Below are positions 25,684 through 35,101 of a stretch of DNA of 63,824 nt, piece by piece. Under the pieces are notes generated by a model, which worked only from the letters and a program-made list of their open reading frames with translations, did not search any database and was not told the DNA's origin. The number at the start of each line of letters is the position of its first letter. Positions within the stretch are counted from its first letter, which is position 1. The position numbers and the translations under genes were made by a program. Source of the DNA: a virus (Duplodnaviria > Caudoviricetes). The stretch is taken from positions 1-63,824 of IMG/VR virus record IMGVR_UViG_3300036818_000131. The stretch is one strand, 5' to 3'.

Positions 25684-25913
25684 CACCGCTGCTCCGTATC
25701 GGGTGCCGTCGCGGCAGCCGGTATGTTCTCGACCCGGCCGCCATAGGCGATGATGCACCAGACGATGGCGTCTTCGAGCACCTGGTTCTGGTGCTCCGAC
25801 AATTCCGGCTGCTTGCCGAAATCGAGCCGCATCTGCACCGATTTGATGACCGCCAGCGCGAAATCATCCGGCCCGTAGCCGGGGATCACCGTCTGAATTC
25901 TTGGTTCGCTCAT
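25683..25913 (-). CDS. Hypothetical protein
   Basis: 76 aa; TGATG coupling to the chaperone gene. Confidence 0.6.
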   Translation of the reverse strand: MSEPRIQTVIPGYGPDDFALAVIKSVQMRLDFGKQPELSEHQNQVLEDAIVWCIIAYGGRVENIPAAATAPDTEQR

Positions 25914-25922
25914 TGCCCACCC

Positions 25923-26645
25923 TTATTGTTGCAGAGACAATTGCCAGTCGCGCTCGCCTCTGACGTAATCGCAATATCGACTGTGGTCGAAGGCATGCAG
26001 AACAAACGCCATGTCGTGCCAACCCCGGACCATGCCGAGCTTGTGCGACAAGCCGTTGATGCGCGCCAGTTTGCGCATGCCATGCGCATCGTTGAATTCG
26101 CGGATCGCCAAGAGCTCGCCGACATAGTCGCAATGGATCTCGGTCAAATCGCCGATGATGTCGTCGAAATGACAGTGGACCCGCGGCAACAGCAGCGCCT
26201 CTGACGCCTCGAACAGCGCCAGCGCCTTCGTGGTGCTGGAATAGTAATCGAGATCGAACGCGACAAACCCGACCGGCGGGACCGCGCCAAGATCCGTCGC
26301 CGCAGCGATGAATTCGGGCAGACAGTCGCCAATATCACCGAGCAATACCTGGGCGCGCCGCAGCCTTCGCCGCAGCGCATCCTGGTCCATCCGGAAGAAA
26401 CCTGGCCGCCAATTATAGGGCAGGTCCCGGTAATCGGTGGGTGGCGGCAACCCGGAGCCGAGATCGAAACCGACGACGGCAAAAGCCACACCGGTGTCGC
26501 GCTCGATCTCGAGGGCCGCCTCTTCCATCGCGACGAGCCCATTGCCGCCCGCGACCCCGAATTCGATCGCGGTGCACGCGGCAAGCCCCAGCGCCTTGGC
26601 GAGCGCTGCGGCTTGCTTCATGCCAAAGGTGTACTCATCGCGCAT
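25923..26645 (-). CDS. SAM-dependent methyltransferase-like protein (TylF/MycF-like fold)
   Basis: IEFGVAGGNG, VGFD.G.GLP, FVAFDLDYYSST, HFDD, GELLAI.EFN. Confidence 0.7.
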   Translation of the reverse strand: MRDEYTFGMKQAAALAKALGLAACTAIEFGVAGGNGLVAMEEAALEIERDTGVAFAVVGFDLGSGLPPPTDYRDLPYNWRPGFFRMDQDALRRRLRRAQVLLGDIGDCLPEFIAAATDLGAVPPVGFVAFDLDYYSSTTKALALFEASEALLLPRVHCHFDDIIGDLTEIHCDYVGELLAIREFNDAHGMRKLARINGLSHKLGMVRGWHDMAFVLHAFDHSRYCDYVRGERDWQLSLQQ

Positions 26646-26649
26646 TGCG

Positions 26650-26787
26650 TTACTCGCCGGACACCTCGGCCGGGTGAAACGCCGGCCACGGGCCGAGATC
26701 GGCCGGTGGGGCATCGGCCGTGGGGACCGCGCAGCCGGCGAGAACCAGCAGCGCGGCCCCGATGGCCGATAGGAACAATGCCCGCAC
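26650..26787 (-). CDS. Small proline-rich lipoprotein (45 aa)
   Basis: Manual translation MRALFLSAIGAALLVLAGCAVPTADAPPADLGPWPAFHPAEVSGE; LAGC lipobox; fills the gap exactly. Confidence 0.6.
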   Translation of the reverse strand: MRALFLSAIGAALLVLAGCAVPTADAPPADLGPWPAFHPAEVSGE

Positions 26788-26790
26788 CGA

Positions 26791-27543
26791 TTAGGCGTCG
26801 GACATCGCAATCGTGCCCCAGGCGCCGGAGCAATCGGCAAACGCCTGGAATTCGAGGTCGAACATCAGATAGTCGACGTTCTTGAACGGCATCCCGGTCT
26901 TGCTGGCCTTGCACTGGTTCAGCTTGATCGAGATCGTCTTGTTGGTGCCGCACACGTTGTAGGTATTGGAGCCGATCAATTCGAACGTCGTGCCCTGGCC
27001 CATGACCTGGTTCACGGCACTGATCTGCTGCATCGTCGTCACGGTGTAGCTGTAGTAGACGTCGAGCGCGACACTGACATCGCCGGCGGCGATCGTGTAT
27101 TGCCCGACCGCGGCAGCGCCCGCGATATACGAGCCAGTGGTCGCCCCGGACGGAACCGGCTGCAGCGGAATGCCGGTCGCGTGGTAGCGCACCCCGAGAT
27201 CCTCGGAGAATGTCGCGCCGTGCGAGACCGTGAAGGTCGTCGCGGCGGGTGTCACGGCCTCGGGTGCGGCGAGCTGGAAGCCGGAAGCGCTGCTGATGCT
27301 CTGGCCGAGGATCGTGTTGTTGATATTGCCGGCGGCGACCTGGGCGTATTTGCCCTTGCCGGTGATCTTCATCGCCGCCTGCGCGACGTCGACCGGCAAG
27401 GCGTATTGCCCGATCAGCTCTTTCAAGGTGCGGTCGATGTCGATTTCCATATCCTGCAATACGCCGAGCAGGGTCGGGATCTGATTGGCGGTGTCGGTAC
27501 GCTTGCAGAACCAGTTACCGACGCCAAAATTGTAGGCGACCAT
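26791..27543 (-). CDS. Major tail (tube) protein
   Basis: FG.G, LG.LQD..ID....KEL.GQY..PVDVA....KITGK; position upstream of the chaperone. Confidence 0.85.
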   Translation of the reverse strand: MVAYNFGVGNWFCKRTDTANQIPTLLGVLQDMEIDIDRTLKELIGQYALPVDVAQAAMKITGKGKYAQVAAGNINNTILGQSISSASGFQLAAPEAVTPAATTFTVSHGATFSEDLGVRYHATGIPLQPVPSGATTGSYIAGAAAVGQYTIAAGDVSVALDVYYSYTVTTMQQISAVNQVMGQGTTFELIGSNTYNVCGTNKTISIKLNQCKASKTGMPFKNVDYLMFDLEFQAFADCSGAWGTIAMSDA

Positions 27544-27729
27544 TGATTACACTCCGTCTAAGGGATACCGACGCCGTCACGGCGTTGGCACTGGTGGGCG
27601 ATGCATCGATCGGACGGCCCCCCTATGGGCTCCCCCCAATGGGCTCCCGCGCAGGGAATGCCGACGATCATCGATGGTTGGCGAGCGCCTTGCCCAAGGG
27701 CGTTTGGGAACGAAAAATCGGTCAGCGGC

Positions 27730-27834
27730 TCACAGGCCGACCGGATAGCCGAGCAGCCACCGGAATACGGCACGCAAATATTCGAGGTAGTGGTCGAACT
27801 GCGGAGCTTGCGGGAAGGGACCGCGGTCTACCAT
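27730..27834 (-). CDS. Small peptide (34 aa)
   Basis: Strong GAGGAGGAG RBS; MVDRGPFPQAPQFDHYLEYLRAVFRWLLGYPVGL. Confidence 0.45.
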   Translation of the reverse strand: MVDRGPFPQAPQFDHYLEYLRAVFRWLLGYPVGL

Positions 27835-27864
27835 TGTGACTGTCTCCTCCTCGCGGGATTGCAG

Positions 27865-29376
27865 CTAAGCGGCGACGAGCGGCCGCGTCTCAGTGACAGT
27901 GGTTTCCGACTCGATCTCGGCTTCGCAAATGATTGACTTGACCTGGTCGATGACCCCCGGCCAATCGCCCGGGGTCTCCTGGGTCACCAGGCGCATCGAG
28001 GGGTACCACGGCGTGTCGTCGCGGCCAGTGAGCCAGCGCCAGCAGCGCCAGTTCGACAGCAATGCAATGGTCGGCCGCCCGAGGGCACCGGCGAGGTGCA
28101 ACACCGAGGTGTCGACCGAGACGACGAGATCGACCTGCATCAATGCCGCGGCGGTGTCGGCAAAATCGCCGAGGATCCCCGAGAGGTCGCCAATCAGCGA
28201 GCGCATGCCGTGGTTGGCGATGTCCGCGACCCGCTCGCCCTTTTGCAGTGACACAAAGGAGAGCTGCGGCAGATCGACCAATTGCAGCATGTGGTGGAAC
28301 GGCATCGAGCGCCGCATGTCGGGCACATAGCCCGAGGATCCGGCCCAGCACAGGCCGACCGTCAACAGGCACCCGGCGGGCTTGTGGATCGGGATCCCCA
28401 AACCATTATCCGGCGCGCGCAGATAGGGGGCTCCCGCCATTGACGCGCCAGGTGGCCCAAAGGGAATCGTCTCGAGGGTCAATCCGAGAAAGGCCGGCAC
28501 CGACAGCATCGGCGAGTGATAATCGGCGGGCGGCGGCGGCCCGTTGACTTCGGCGACCTCATCGGCGAGGCCGGAAATCGCGATCAGCCGCAACAAGGGC
28601 TGCGGCACCGCGGCGATGACATGCGCGCCGCGCTCTTTGAGCCACGGCAGAAAGCGGCAGAACTGGATCGTGTCGCCAAAGCCCTGCTCGTGGTGCACGA
28701 TGATGGTTCGGCCCGCGAGATCCTGGCCTTCCCAGCGCGGGATGCCGCTATCCCAGATCGGGTTTTTCTGCAGTTCGTCCCAGCGCGCTTCGTGCGCCAC
28801 AAGGCCTTCGCCGAATTGCCCCGAACCCAACAGCGCGATGCCGAGATCGCGGCGGATGCGGGCCTCCTGCGGGGCCAGTTCCAGTGCCGTGCGAAAGCAT
28901 TGCACCGCCTGCTCCGGCCGGCTCGCGGCCATCCGCGCCAGGCCCAAATTGTGCCACAGCCCGGCGAGCCCGAATTGATTGACCTCTTCGCCGGCGGCGC
29001 GGCGCTCGCTGGCGATGCGGATCGCCTGCATATGGCAACGTGCGGCCTCGTCATAGCGGTCGGCGCGGAACAGCGCATTGCCGAGATTGCCGAGATAGGC
29101 CGGGTTTTGCGGTTCGAGATTGACCGCGCGCTGCGCCAATGCCAATGACGCGGCGAACTGGCGGCGGTCCTGGACAATGCAGGCGAGGCTCGTCAGTGCG
29201 GCGTGATGGTTGGGGTCGAGGCGCAATGCCGAAACCAGGCAATGCTCGGCACCGCCGATATTGCCGCGCTGGTAATATTCCTTACTCGACAGAAAGAAAC
29301 GCTGCGCCGTCGGGACGAACTTGCCGTCCCCAGGGGCCATTGGGGACGGGGCAATCAGCGGTGCTTCGATCATCAC
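27865..29376 (-). CDS. TPR-repeat GT9-like (GT-B) glycosyltransferase
   Basis: TPRs, then W.G.DL.G.TI.V..EQGFGDTIQF.RF, VGL.WAG, DFADTAA....DLVVSVDTSV.HLAGALG, WRW...R.DTPWYPSMRL. Confidence 0.9.
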   Translation of the reverse strand: MMIEAPLIAPSPMAPGDGKFVPTAQRFFLSSKEYYQRGNIGGAEHCLVSALRLDPNHHAALTSLACIVQDRRQFAASLALAQRAVNLEPQNPAYLGNLGNALFRADRYDEAARCHMQAIRIASERRAAGEEVNQFGLAGLWHNLGLARMAASRPEQAVQCFRTALELAPQEARIRRDLGIALLGSGQFGEGLVAHEARWDELQKNPIWDSGIPRWEGQDLAGRTIIVHHEQGFGDTIQFCRFLPWLKERGAHVIAAVPQPLLRLIAISGLADEVAEVNGPPPPADYHSPMLSVPAFLGLTLETIPFGPPGASMAGAPYLRAPDNGLGIPIHKPAGCLLTVGLCWAGSSGYVPDMRRSMPFHHMLQLVDLPQLSFVSLQKGERVADIANHGMRSLIGDLSGILGDFADTAAALMQVDLVVSVDTSVLHLAGALGRPTIALLSNWRCWRWLTGRDDTPWYPSMRLVTQETPGDWPGVIDQVKSIICEAEIESETTVTETRPLVAA

Positions 29377-29681
29377 TGCTCGGTGGACTCTACTGGGTGC
29401 TCCGCGGGCTCGACAAACCCGACGGCCTCGGGCTCGGCCCCGGGCTCGGCCTTGGGCATGATCGCCTGCGCCACCGGGTCGACCGGGGCGTCGGCTTTCA
29501 CGGCCTCGGGCTCGACCGGCGCCGCCCCCTGTTCACTGCCAGGGGCAGGGACGCAGCCGAGCCGGCTCATTTCCGCGACGTCCTCGGCCGCGACGACAAT
29601 CACCCGCTCGGCCGCGGCGCGGTAGAACGGGCCGTGCGCGAGGTGGAATGACTGCCCGGCCACGGGGGCGAGCATTTTCAT
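29373..29681 (-). CDS. Small protein with short N-terminal domain and acidic Pro/Ala tail
   Basis: MKMLAPVAGQSF...; GAAGGA RBS; overlaps the GT start. Confidence 0.65.
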   Translation of the reverse strand: MKMLAPVAGQSFHLAHGPFYRAAAERVIVVAAEDVAEMSRLGCVPAPGSEQGAAPVEPEAVKADAPVDPVAQAIMPKAEPGAEPEAVGFVEPAEHPVESTEQ

Positions 29682-29912
29682 GGCAAGTCCTTCTGTTGGG
29701 GGGAGTGCGGGCAACAAGCCGACGAGGAATTTGCCGCCCGGCACATGCTCAATGGCGGCGCGGATCTGGCGGCACGGGCAACCCATGTGCTAAGATCTCC
29801 AGTGCTGCAGCCTGCGGTGGCGTGGAGCAACACGGCTAAGGCCGGCCGTCGACGCCTGGGATGGGCGCGCTACCGGCACGACCGGAACATCCCGGCCCGC
29901 AGTTGCGGCAGT

Positions 29913-31136
29913 TCATTTTTCGAGACGCGGCTGGATCTTGGCGGTAAAGAGCTTCATCGCCCGCGCGATCGCCTGGTCCATATCCCAATATTTGTATTCT
30001 CCGAGCCGCCCGGCAAAGATCACGTTTGGCACTTTGTCGGCGAGCTTGCGATAGCTCTGGTAGAGCGCGCGATCCTTCGCTGCGGGGTAGGGGTATTCGT
30101 AGGCGTCGGGATCGCTCGGCGAATAGGCATATTCCTCGGTCAGCAATGTCCCGCCATAGGCGCCATCCCCATGGGCGCCGTCCCTATGGGCGCCATGTGG
30201 GCCGATCTCGGATGCCATGTGGCGCCATTCGATGACGCGGATCCACGGCACCGCGGGGTTCGGGTTGTTGGTCTGCACCGTCGGGTAGAGCGGCGGCGAC
30301 CCCTTCAGCCAGCTCAGCTCGCGCTGCTGTGCGCGGTAGCGCAACCGGCCGAGATCAAACCAGAAGAATTCGTCGATCGGCCCGGTGAACACGACGGTCG
30401 ATGGCCCATTGCGACCCGATTGCGCGATGTGTTGGTGACGCTGCAGGTAATCGACGCCGCAATGCACCTCGATCGCGCCGGCGGCATCCCCGGCGGCCTC
30501 ATTGGCCAGCATGGCTTCGACCAGTGCCGAATACCCGTCGACCGGCACACCCTGCCAGCGGCTCGTCTTCAGCCGGTGATCGATGCGCCCATCGGGCCCG
30601 CTGTGGCGGATCTCGAAGCGCTTGGCGAGGCCGGGCTCGAGCTCGCGCGGGTCGGCACCCCACTGTTTGGCGGTGTAACCCCGGACAAAATCATCATAGG
30701 CCTGCCGCGGCATCGCAGCGAGACAAGCATCCTCGAAATGCCGCAGATCGGTTTGCCAATAGATCGGGACCAATTGCTGCCACTTCGGGCCCCACCGGCG
30801 TTCGAGATACTCGCTCGTCAGCGGCCAGTCTTCGAGATGGCCGTCAACCGACGTCTTGACCTCGGCGGCGAACGGCCGAAACGCGCCGAACCGATTGACA
30901 AAGTCCCAGATCTTGCGCGAGGAGGTGCGGAAGTAATGCGGGCCATAGAGACCATAGCGGATGCCGCTCTCGTGCACCGCATCGCGGATGTTGCCACCGA
31001 CCACCTCGCGGCGCTCGAGGACGAGCACGCGATAGCCGGCATCGCTCGCCAGGCGCGCGATCGTCGCACCGGTGAGCCCCGAGCCGACGATGAGGAGATC
31101 ATGCCCCGCTTGCTCGCGGCAATGGCGATTGGTCAT
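29913..31136 (-). CDS. glf: UDP-galactopyranose mutase
   Basis: IVGSGLTG (FAD binding), GGN..D, YGPH.F.T, GYT.KQWG, QG.P.DGY, FTGPIDEFF, L.YR, EY, YPYP, GRLGEYKY.DMDQ. Confidence 0.92.
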   Translation of the reverse strand: MTNRHCREQAGHDLLIVGSGLTGATIARLASDAGYRVLVLERREVVGGNIRDAVHESGIRYGLYGPHYFRTSSRKIWDFVNRFGAFRPFAAEVKTSVDGHLEDWPLTSEYLERRWGPKWQQLVPIYWQTDLRHFEDACLAAMPRQAYDDFVRGYTAKQWGADPRELEPGLAKRFEIRHSGPDGRIDHRLKTSRWQGVPVDGYSALVEAMLANEAAGDAAGAIEVHCGVDYLQRHQHIAQSGRNGPSTVVFTGPIDEFFWFDLGRLRYRAQQRELSWLKGSPPLYPTVQTNNPNPAVPWIRVIEWRHMASEIGPHGAHRDGAHGDGAYGGTLLTEEYAYSPSDPDAYEYPYPAAKDRALYQSYRKLADKVPNVIFAGRLGEYKYWDMDQAIARAMKLFTAKIQPRLEK

Positions 31137-31261
31137 TATTGCGCTCGCCTCTATCCGTTCCGAACCGCGGTGCAGGGAGAGCGCGGCTTTTGGTGGCGCC
31201 ACGGATCAAGTCTGTGGGCTAAAGGCCCACGGCATTGGCTGCGCCGCATGCAGCAGGAGTG

Positions 31262-31522
31262 ATGATGATCGAAGAGACACTGAGTGAGGAGAACCGCCGC
31301 CTTGTTCCAATGAAGCTCTATGAGATCGAGCTAGAGGTGAAGGTCGGCGGCATGCTGCGCGTGCCGGCAGCCGACGCGGTTGCCGCACGCGATCTAGCCA
31401 TAAGGCTTGTCGCGCTGACGGGTGAAGCGCTGAACAATGCCCTCAAATCCAATAGGCGGTTCACCTATCACCCAAAGCCGTTCGATATCATCACGTTGAG
31501 CCCACCCGTCGAGGTCGAATGA
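31262..31522 (+). CDS. Hypothetical protein
   Basis: AGGAG RBS; ATGA overlap with the DUF4422 gene. Confidence 0.55.
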   Translation: MMIEETLSEENRRLVPMKLYEIELEVKVGGMLRVPAADAVAARDLAIRLVALTGEALNNALKSNRRFTYHPKPFDIITLSPPVEVE

Positions 31523-32283
31523 AACTCAAGGTCTACACCGTGCACCACGCGGTACCGCAATGGTACATGGCCGATGACACCTTTGTGCCGTTCATTGTCG
31601 GCGAGGCCGGCGAAGGCCCGCTCGATCCGGTCTTTCAGACCGACCGCGAACCGCCGACCCTCACCGATCACCACAGCCTGGCCGAGATGCGCTGCCACTA
31701 TTGGGTGTGGCAGCATCTACCGCCAACGGCCCATGGTGGCGGCAATTATGTCGGCTTCCAGCATTACCGGCGGGCGTTCGCCGGGGAGATGAGTGCCGGC
31801 CGGGTCGCCGAGTTCCGGGTGAGTGCGGCCGATTGGCTGCGCCGCGAGCCCGGGCTGACGGCGCATTGGTTCAACGGAACCCTGAACCATGCCGACATCA
31901 TCGTGCCGCGCAAATGGCCGGCAGCACCCGATCTCGGCACCGATTATGCGCGCTCGCACAGTGCCGAGGATTGGCAGACGCTGCTGCACGCACTTCCCTC
32001 GCCCGAACTCACAACCCTGGCGGCGCAGATCGATTTCATCCACCGCGCCAATATGTTCGTGATGCGCGTCGATCTGTTCAATGAATACATGACCTGGTGG
32101 GATATGATCATGACCAGAGTGATGCTGGCGATCATCCCGCCGGCGGACGGCTATCAGTCGCGCACCTTTGGCTTTATGAGCGAGCGGCTGTTCACGATGT
32201 GGGTGACGCAATTGCGCCACCAGCGGCCGCAATTGCGCATCCTCGAATTGCCATTGGTCCTCGGCGATTTCCCCGCGATCTAA
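31519..32283 (+). CDS. DUF4422 (GT111-like) putative galactofuranosyltransferase
   Basis: E...HYWVW, YVGFQHYRR, DIIVP, NMFVM, YQ.R..GF.SERLF. Confidence 0.85.
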   Translation: MKLKVYTVHHAVPQWYMADDTFVPFIVGEAGEGPLDPVFQTDREPPTLTDHHSLAEMRCHYWVWQHLPPTAHGGGNYVGFQHYRRAFAGEMSAGRVAEFRVSAADWLRREPGLTAHWFNGTLNHADIIVPRKWPAAPDLGTDYARSHSAEDWQTLLHALPSPELTTLAAQIDFIHRANMFVMRVDLFNEYMTWWDMIMTRVMLAIIPPADGYQSRTFGFMSERLFTMWVTQLRHQRPQLRILELPLVLGDFPAI

Positions 32284-32294
32284 GGGATTGGCAG

Positions 32295-32417
32295 ATGCTC
32301 GCGAGGTTTTACGATATGGCTTATCGGCGACCCGTCCTCGCCACCGCCGTCTGCGGTGGCATTTTGACGGCCATCGCAATCGCCGTTGATCTTCATTTTC
32401 GCGTGCACGCGTTTTAG
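32295..32417 (+). CDS. Small single-TM peptide
   Basis: 40 aa with a hydrophobic segment. Confidence 0.35.
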   Translation: MLARFYDMAYRRPVLATAVCGGILTAIAIAVDLHFRVHAF

Positions 32418-32431
32418 CGGGTAAGGGCGCT

Positions 32432-32626
32432 ATGATGTCCAACCTGACGATCCACTTCGTCGTGCTGGCCGTGCAAATCGCATGCTTGGCGCTGACCGTG
32501 CGCAATCTTGCGGCGATGCGCCGGCAGAGAGCGGTAATGGACGCGCATGTGGCCGCGGTGGATCAGCGGATTGTGCTGGCGCTGGCGTTGTGGCGGCACA
32601 CCCGGCGCCGGGCCATCATTACTTGA
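32432..32626 (+). CDS. Small membrane protein
   Basis: N-terminal hydrophobic helix, basic C-terminus. Confidence 0.4.
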   Translation: MMSNLTIHFVVLAVQIACLALTVRNLAAMRRQRAVMDAHVAAVDQRIVLALALWRHTRRRAIIT

Positions 32627-32639
32627 GGCCGCTCTCGCA

Positions 32640-33299
32640 TCACGCGGTACCGGGGCAGGGCTCGGCCGCATAATACTCGCCCGGCGCAAACCGGCAGCCC
32701 ATGTTGACCGAACGCGCCCCAGATCCCAATGGACCCTCGCGGTAGAGCCGCACCGGCAGGCAGCGAAAATCGAAGCTGACCCGGCTCCAGCGCTCTTGAT
32801 TGATGTGGTTGCCGTGCTGCCGTGCCACCGCGTCGAACACGACGACATCGCCGGGATAGGCGTAGATCGGGCGCTCCCAGCGTTGGTCCTCGATGTAGAT
32901 CGAGTTGGTCTCGACCGCACTCGTCAATGGCAGCCAAAAATTCACTTCGCCGGCCGGGTGACCGTATTCGGCGTCGCTGTGCCAAGCGCCGACCGCGACA
33001 TTGCCCGGCAATTGCACGCGAAAGGTCGGGATCGCCTGGTAATAAAACGGCTCGCAGAATTGCCTGGCGACGAACTCGGTCACGAATCGCTGGTAGAGCG
33101 GACCCCAGACCTCGCGTGTCGCATAAAAGCGCTCGTGCCACTTGGTCCTTTGGTCATTCTCGCGCGACTGCAGCGGAAACGCATTTTCGCGCAATGCCGC
33201 CAGATCGACCTCGTCGAGGAAATAGGTGATCAGCGCCGGGAACGGGTAGCGCCGTAATGGATAGCTGAGCACCGCGTAGAAGGTGTCGGGCGTGATCAT
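32640..33299 (-). CDS. StrG-like / Fe(II)-2OG oxygenase-fold protein
   Basis: YQ.IPTFRVQLP.N.AVG.WHSD..YGHP.GE.NFWLPLT, HGN..N, R.SFDFR (HxD...H). Confidence 0.7.
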   Translation of the reverse strand: MITPDTFYAVLSYPLRRYPFPALITYFLDEVDLAALRENAFPLQSRENDQRTKWHERFYATREVWGPLYQRFVTEFVARQFCEPFYYQAIPTFRVQLPGNVAVGAWHSDAEYGHPAGEVNFWLPLTSAVETNSIYIEDQRWERPIYAYPGDVVVFDAVARQHGNHINQERWSRVSFDFRCLPVRLYREGPLGSGARSVNMGCRFAPGEYYAAEPCPGTA

Positions 33300-34066
33300 C
33301 GCGCGGCCTCGCCACCTTTGACGTGATCTATGGCGCGGATCGTGTCGCGGTTTTTCAGCATCTGCGCGATGAGCTGCGTCTTATTGACGACATAGGCGCT
33401 CGCCGCATCGAGCCGCGCAGCGATCTCCTCGTCGCTCAATACCCAGCCCCAATTGCGCACATCGTGAAAGCCAAAGCTTGGCCCTGGCGGGGAACAGGGG
33501 GGCGGCGGGTGGCCATGCTCGAACGAAAACCGCGCCGCCAGCTCATAGGGCGCAAAGCGGAACCCGCACCTCTCCAGCATCGGCCGGTAGAGCCGGCCGA
33601 GCGCATCGTCTTCCGGGTAGCGGTAGGGGAAGGTCTTCCGGTGTTCGGCGAGGAACTGCGCGAGCCGCAGCGAGCGCAATGAAAACCCGCCATTGCCGAC
33701 ATTCTGGCCGGGCGGATGCCAGGGCCAGGGTGCGCCGATATAGTCGTAATCGAGAAACGCCGGGTCCCACTGACCGGCATCGACGACCCAGCCATCCCAT
33801 TGCACGGTGAGGAAATGGCTGGTCTCGACCTGGTGCGGCACCTCGTACCACAGCGGCTGATCGGCGGCTTGCTTGCCGTGCTCGTGGAACGGGAACTCGC
33901 GCGCCCGGATCCAGTCGTACTCCGGCTCGCTGCCGCCGCCATCGGTCCACAACAGCACCGCGGCCGGGGTGATCTGGCGCAACGTGTCGCGCAACGCCAG
34001 GCGCGCGAGGTCCTGCGCGACATTGTCGATACACACGAGCGTGACCTCGGGCAGAGCGAGCAACAT
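33296..34066 (-). CDS. DUF5672 GT-A-like protein
   Basis: LP.VTLVCID, TSHFL.VQWDG.V, FLDYDYIGAPW, VGNGGFSLRS, PED, A.RFSFE, FGFH. Confidence 0.85.
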   Translation of the reverse strand: MLLALPEVTLVCIDNVAQDLARLALRDTLRQITPAAVLLWTDGGGSEPEYDWIRAREFPFHEHGKQAADQPLWYEVPHQVETSHFLTVQWDGWVVDAGQWDPAFLDYDYIGAPWPWHPPGQNVGNGGFSLRSLRLAQFLAEHRKTFPYRYPEDDALGRLYRPMLERCGFRFAPYELAARFSFEHGHPPPPCSPPGPSFGFHDVRNWGWVLSDEEIAARLDAASAYVVNKTQLIAQMLKNRDTIRAIDHVKGGEAAR

Positions 34067-34089
34067 GAGCGACCCTCCAGTTCTTTCGG

Positions 34090-34257
34090 TTAGGTGTGCG
34101 GGTGCGGCTGCTCCTTTTGCCACTCCTCGAGCAAGATTTGGGCCCGGGCACAAGCTGCCTTGGCGTCGGCCGGGGTCAGCAGACTCGCGGCGAGGCGTGC
34201 CACGCGAATGGCGGTGCTCTCGACTGTCGCGGTGTCGTTGATTATTCCGTCGGTCAT
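34090..34257 (-). CDS. Small hypothetical protein
   Basis: AGGA RBS; 55-aa helical ORF. Confidence 0.4.
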   Translation of the reverse strand: MTDGIINDTATVESTAIRVARLAASLLTPADAKAACARAQILLEEWQKEQPHPHT

Positions 34258-34307
34258 TTCAATGATTTCCTGACTTGCGGCTCGCATGCTCGAAGGTATG
34301 GGCGAGC

Positions 34308-34359
34308 CGGGAATAGGTTCTTGCGTCCAACCTCGGGAATAGGTTCTTGCGTCCAACCT
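34308..34359. repeat. 26-bp perfect tandem direct repeat (x2)
   Basis: CGGGAATAGGTTCTTGCGTCCAACCT twice, intergenic. Confidence 0.9.
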
Positions 34360-34478
34360 ACTTATCAAAACCCGAGGCGGGAAGACGCTGGCGGCGCGCT
34401 GTGCCGTGCGAAATGCCCCAACGGATCCCCCTGGCGGGAGGTCGGTACAGGACGCGATGATCCCGGGGTCCCGCCGAA

Positions 34479-35090
34479 TTAGGGTTGGGTCGTCGTGCCG
34501 AGGCTGTTCCACGCAGACGTAGATGCGTTCCATTGCCACCAGTTGTTGGCGGAGTCCCGGATATAGACCTGGCCGACATGGTGCACGGTGTAGAGGTTGC
34601 CGCACCCACTCCCGACGTGGGAGCCGTTGAGCAGGGTCGCGAAGGAGCCGAAGCACGCCGCGCCGAGGCTCCACGTCCCGGCGGCGCTGACCACCGTTGT
34701 TCCGGACTGGCCATCGGCCGTGTAGGGCAGCGTCCCGCACAGCGGACCGGGTGCGGTGGCCGCGGCGGCGAATTTGCCGGCACTCGGGCTCCACTGGAAC
34801 CACACGCCATAGCCGTCCATCAGATACGGATCGGCCCCGTTGATGCCGCGAAAGCAAATCCCCGAGACGCCGGCGAGGACCGTGCCGTTGCGGCTCACAT
34901 GCCACTGCGCCGCCGGACAATCGCTGCCGGTGCATTGTGCGCCAAAGGAAAAGTTACCGTCGGGTGTGGCAAGGATCCCACTGGTCGGAGTGCTGACAGC
35001 GACCGGGAGGTCAGCCGCATGCGCAGACCCCGAGGCGAGCAACAGGATCAAGACGGCGCGCCGAAGGCAACGCAGATTTCGCGTGATCAT
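34479..35090 (-). CDS. Secreted Cys/Trp-rich protein with two internal repeats
   Basis: Signal peptide ending AHA-A; two G.(F/W)S.GA.C...NG...W.QW units. Confidence 0.7.
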   Translation of the reverse strand: MITRNLRCLRRAVLILLLASGSAHAADLPVAVSTPTSGILATPDGNFSFGAQCTGSDCPAAQWHVSRNGTVLAGVSGICFRGINGADPYLMDGYGVWFQWSPSAGKFAAAATAPGPLCGTLPYTADGQSGTTVVSAAGTWSLGAACFGSFATLLNGSHVGSGCGNLYTVHHVGQVYIRDSANNWWQWNASTSAWNSLGTTTQP

Positions 35091-35101
35091 GGACCGTCCT
35101 C

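Noticed and set aside
32295-32626. Holin/antiholin assignment for two small TM ORFs
   Set aside because: No adjacent endolysin or spanin, and they are antisense to the late genes; left as hypothetical.
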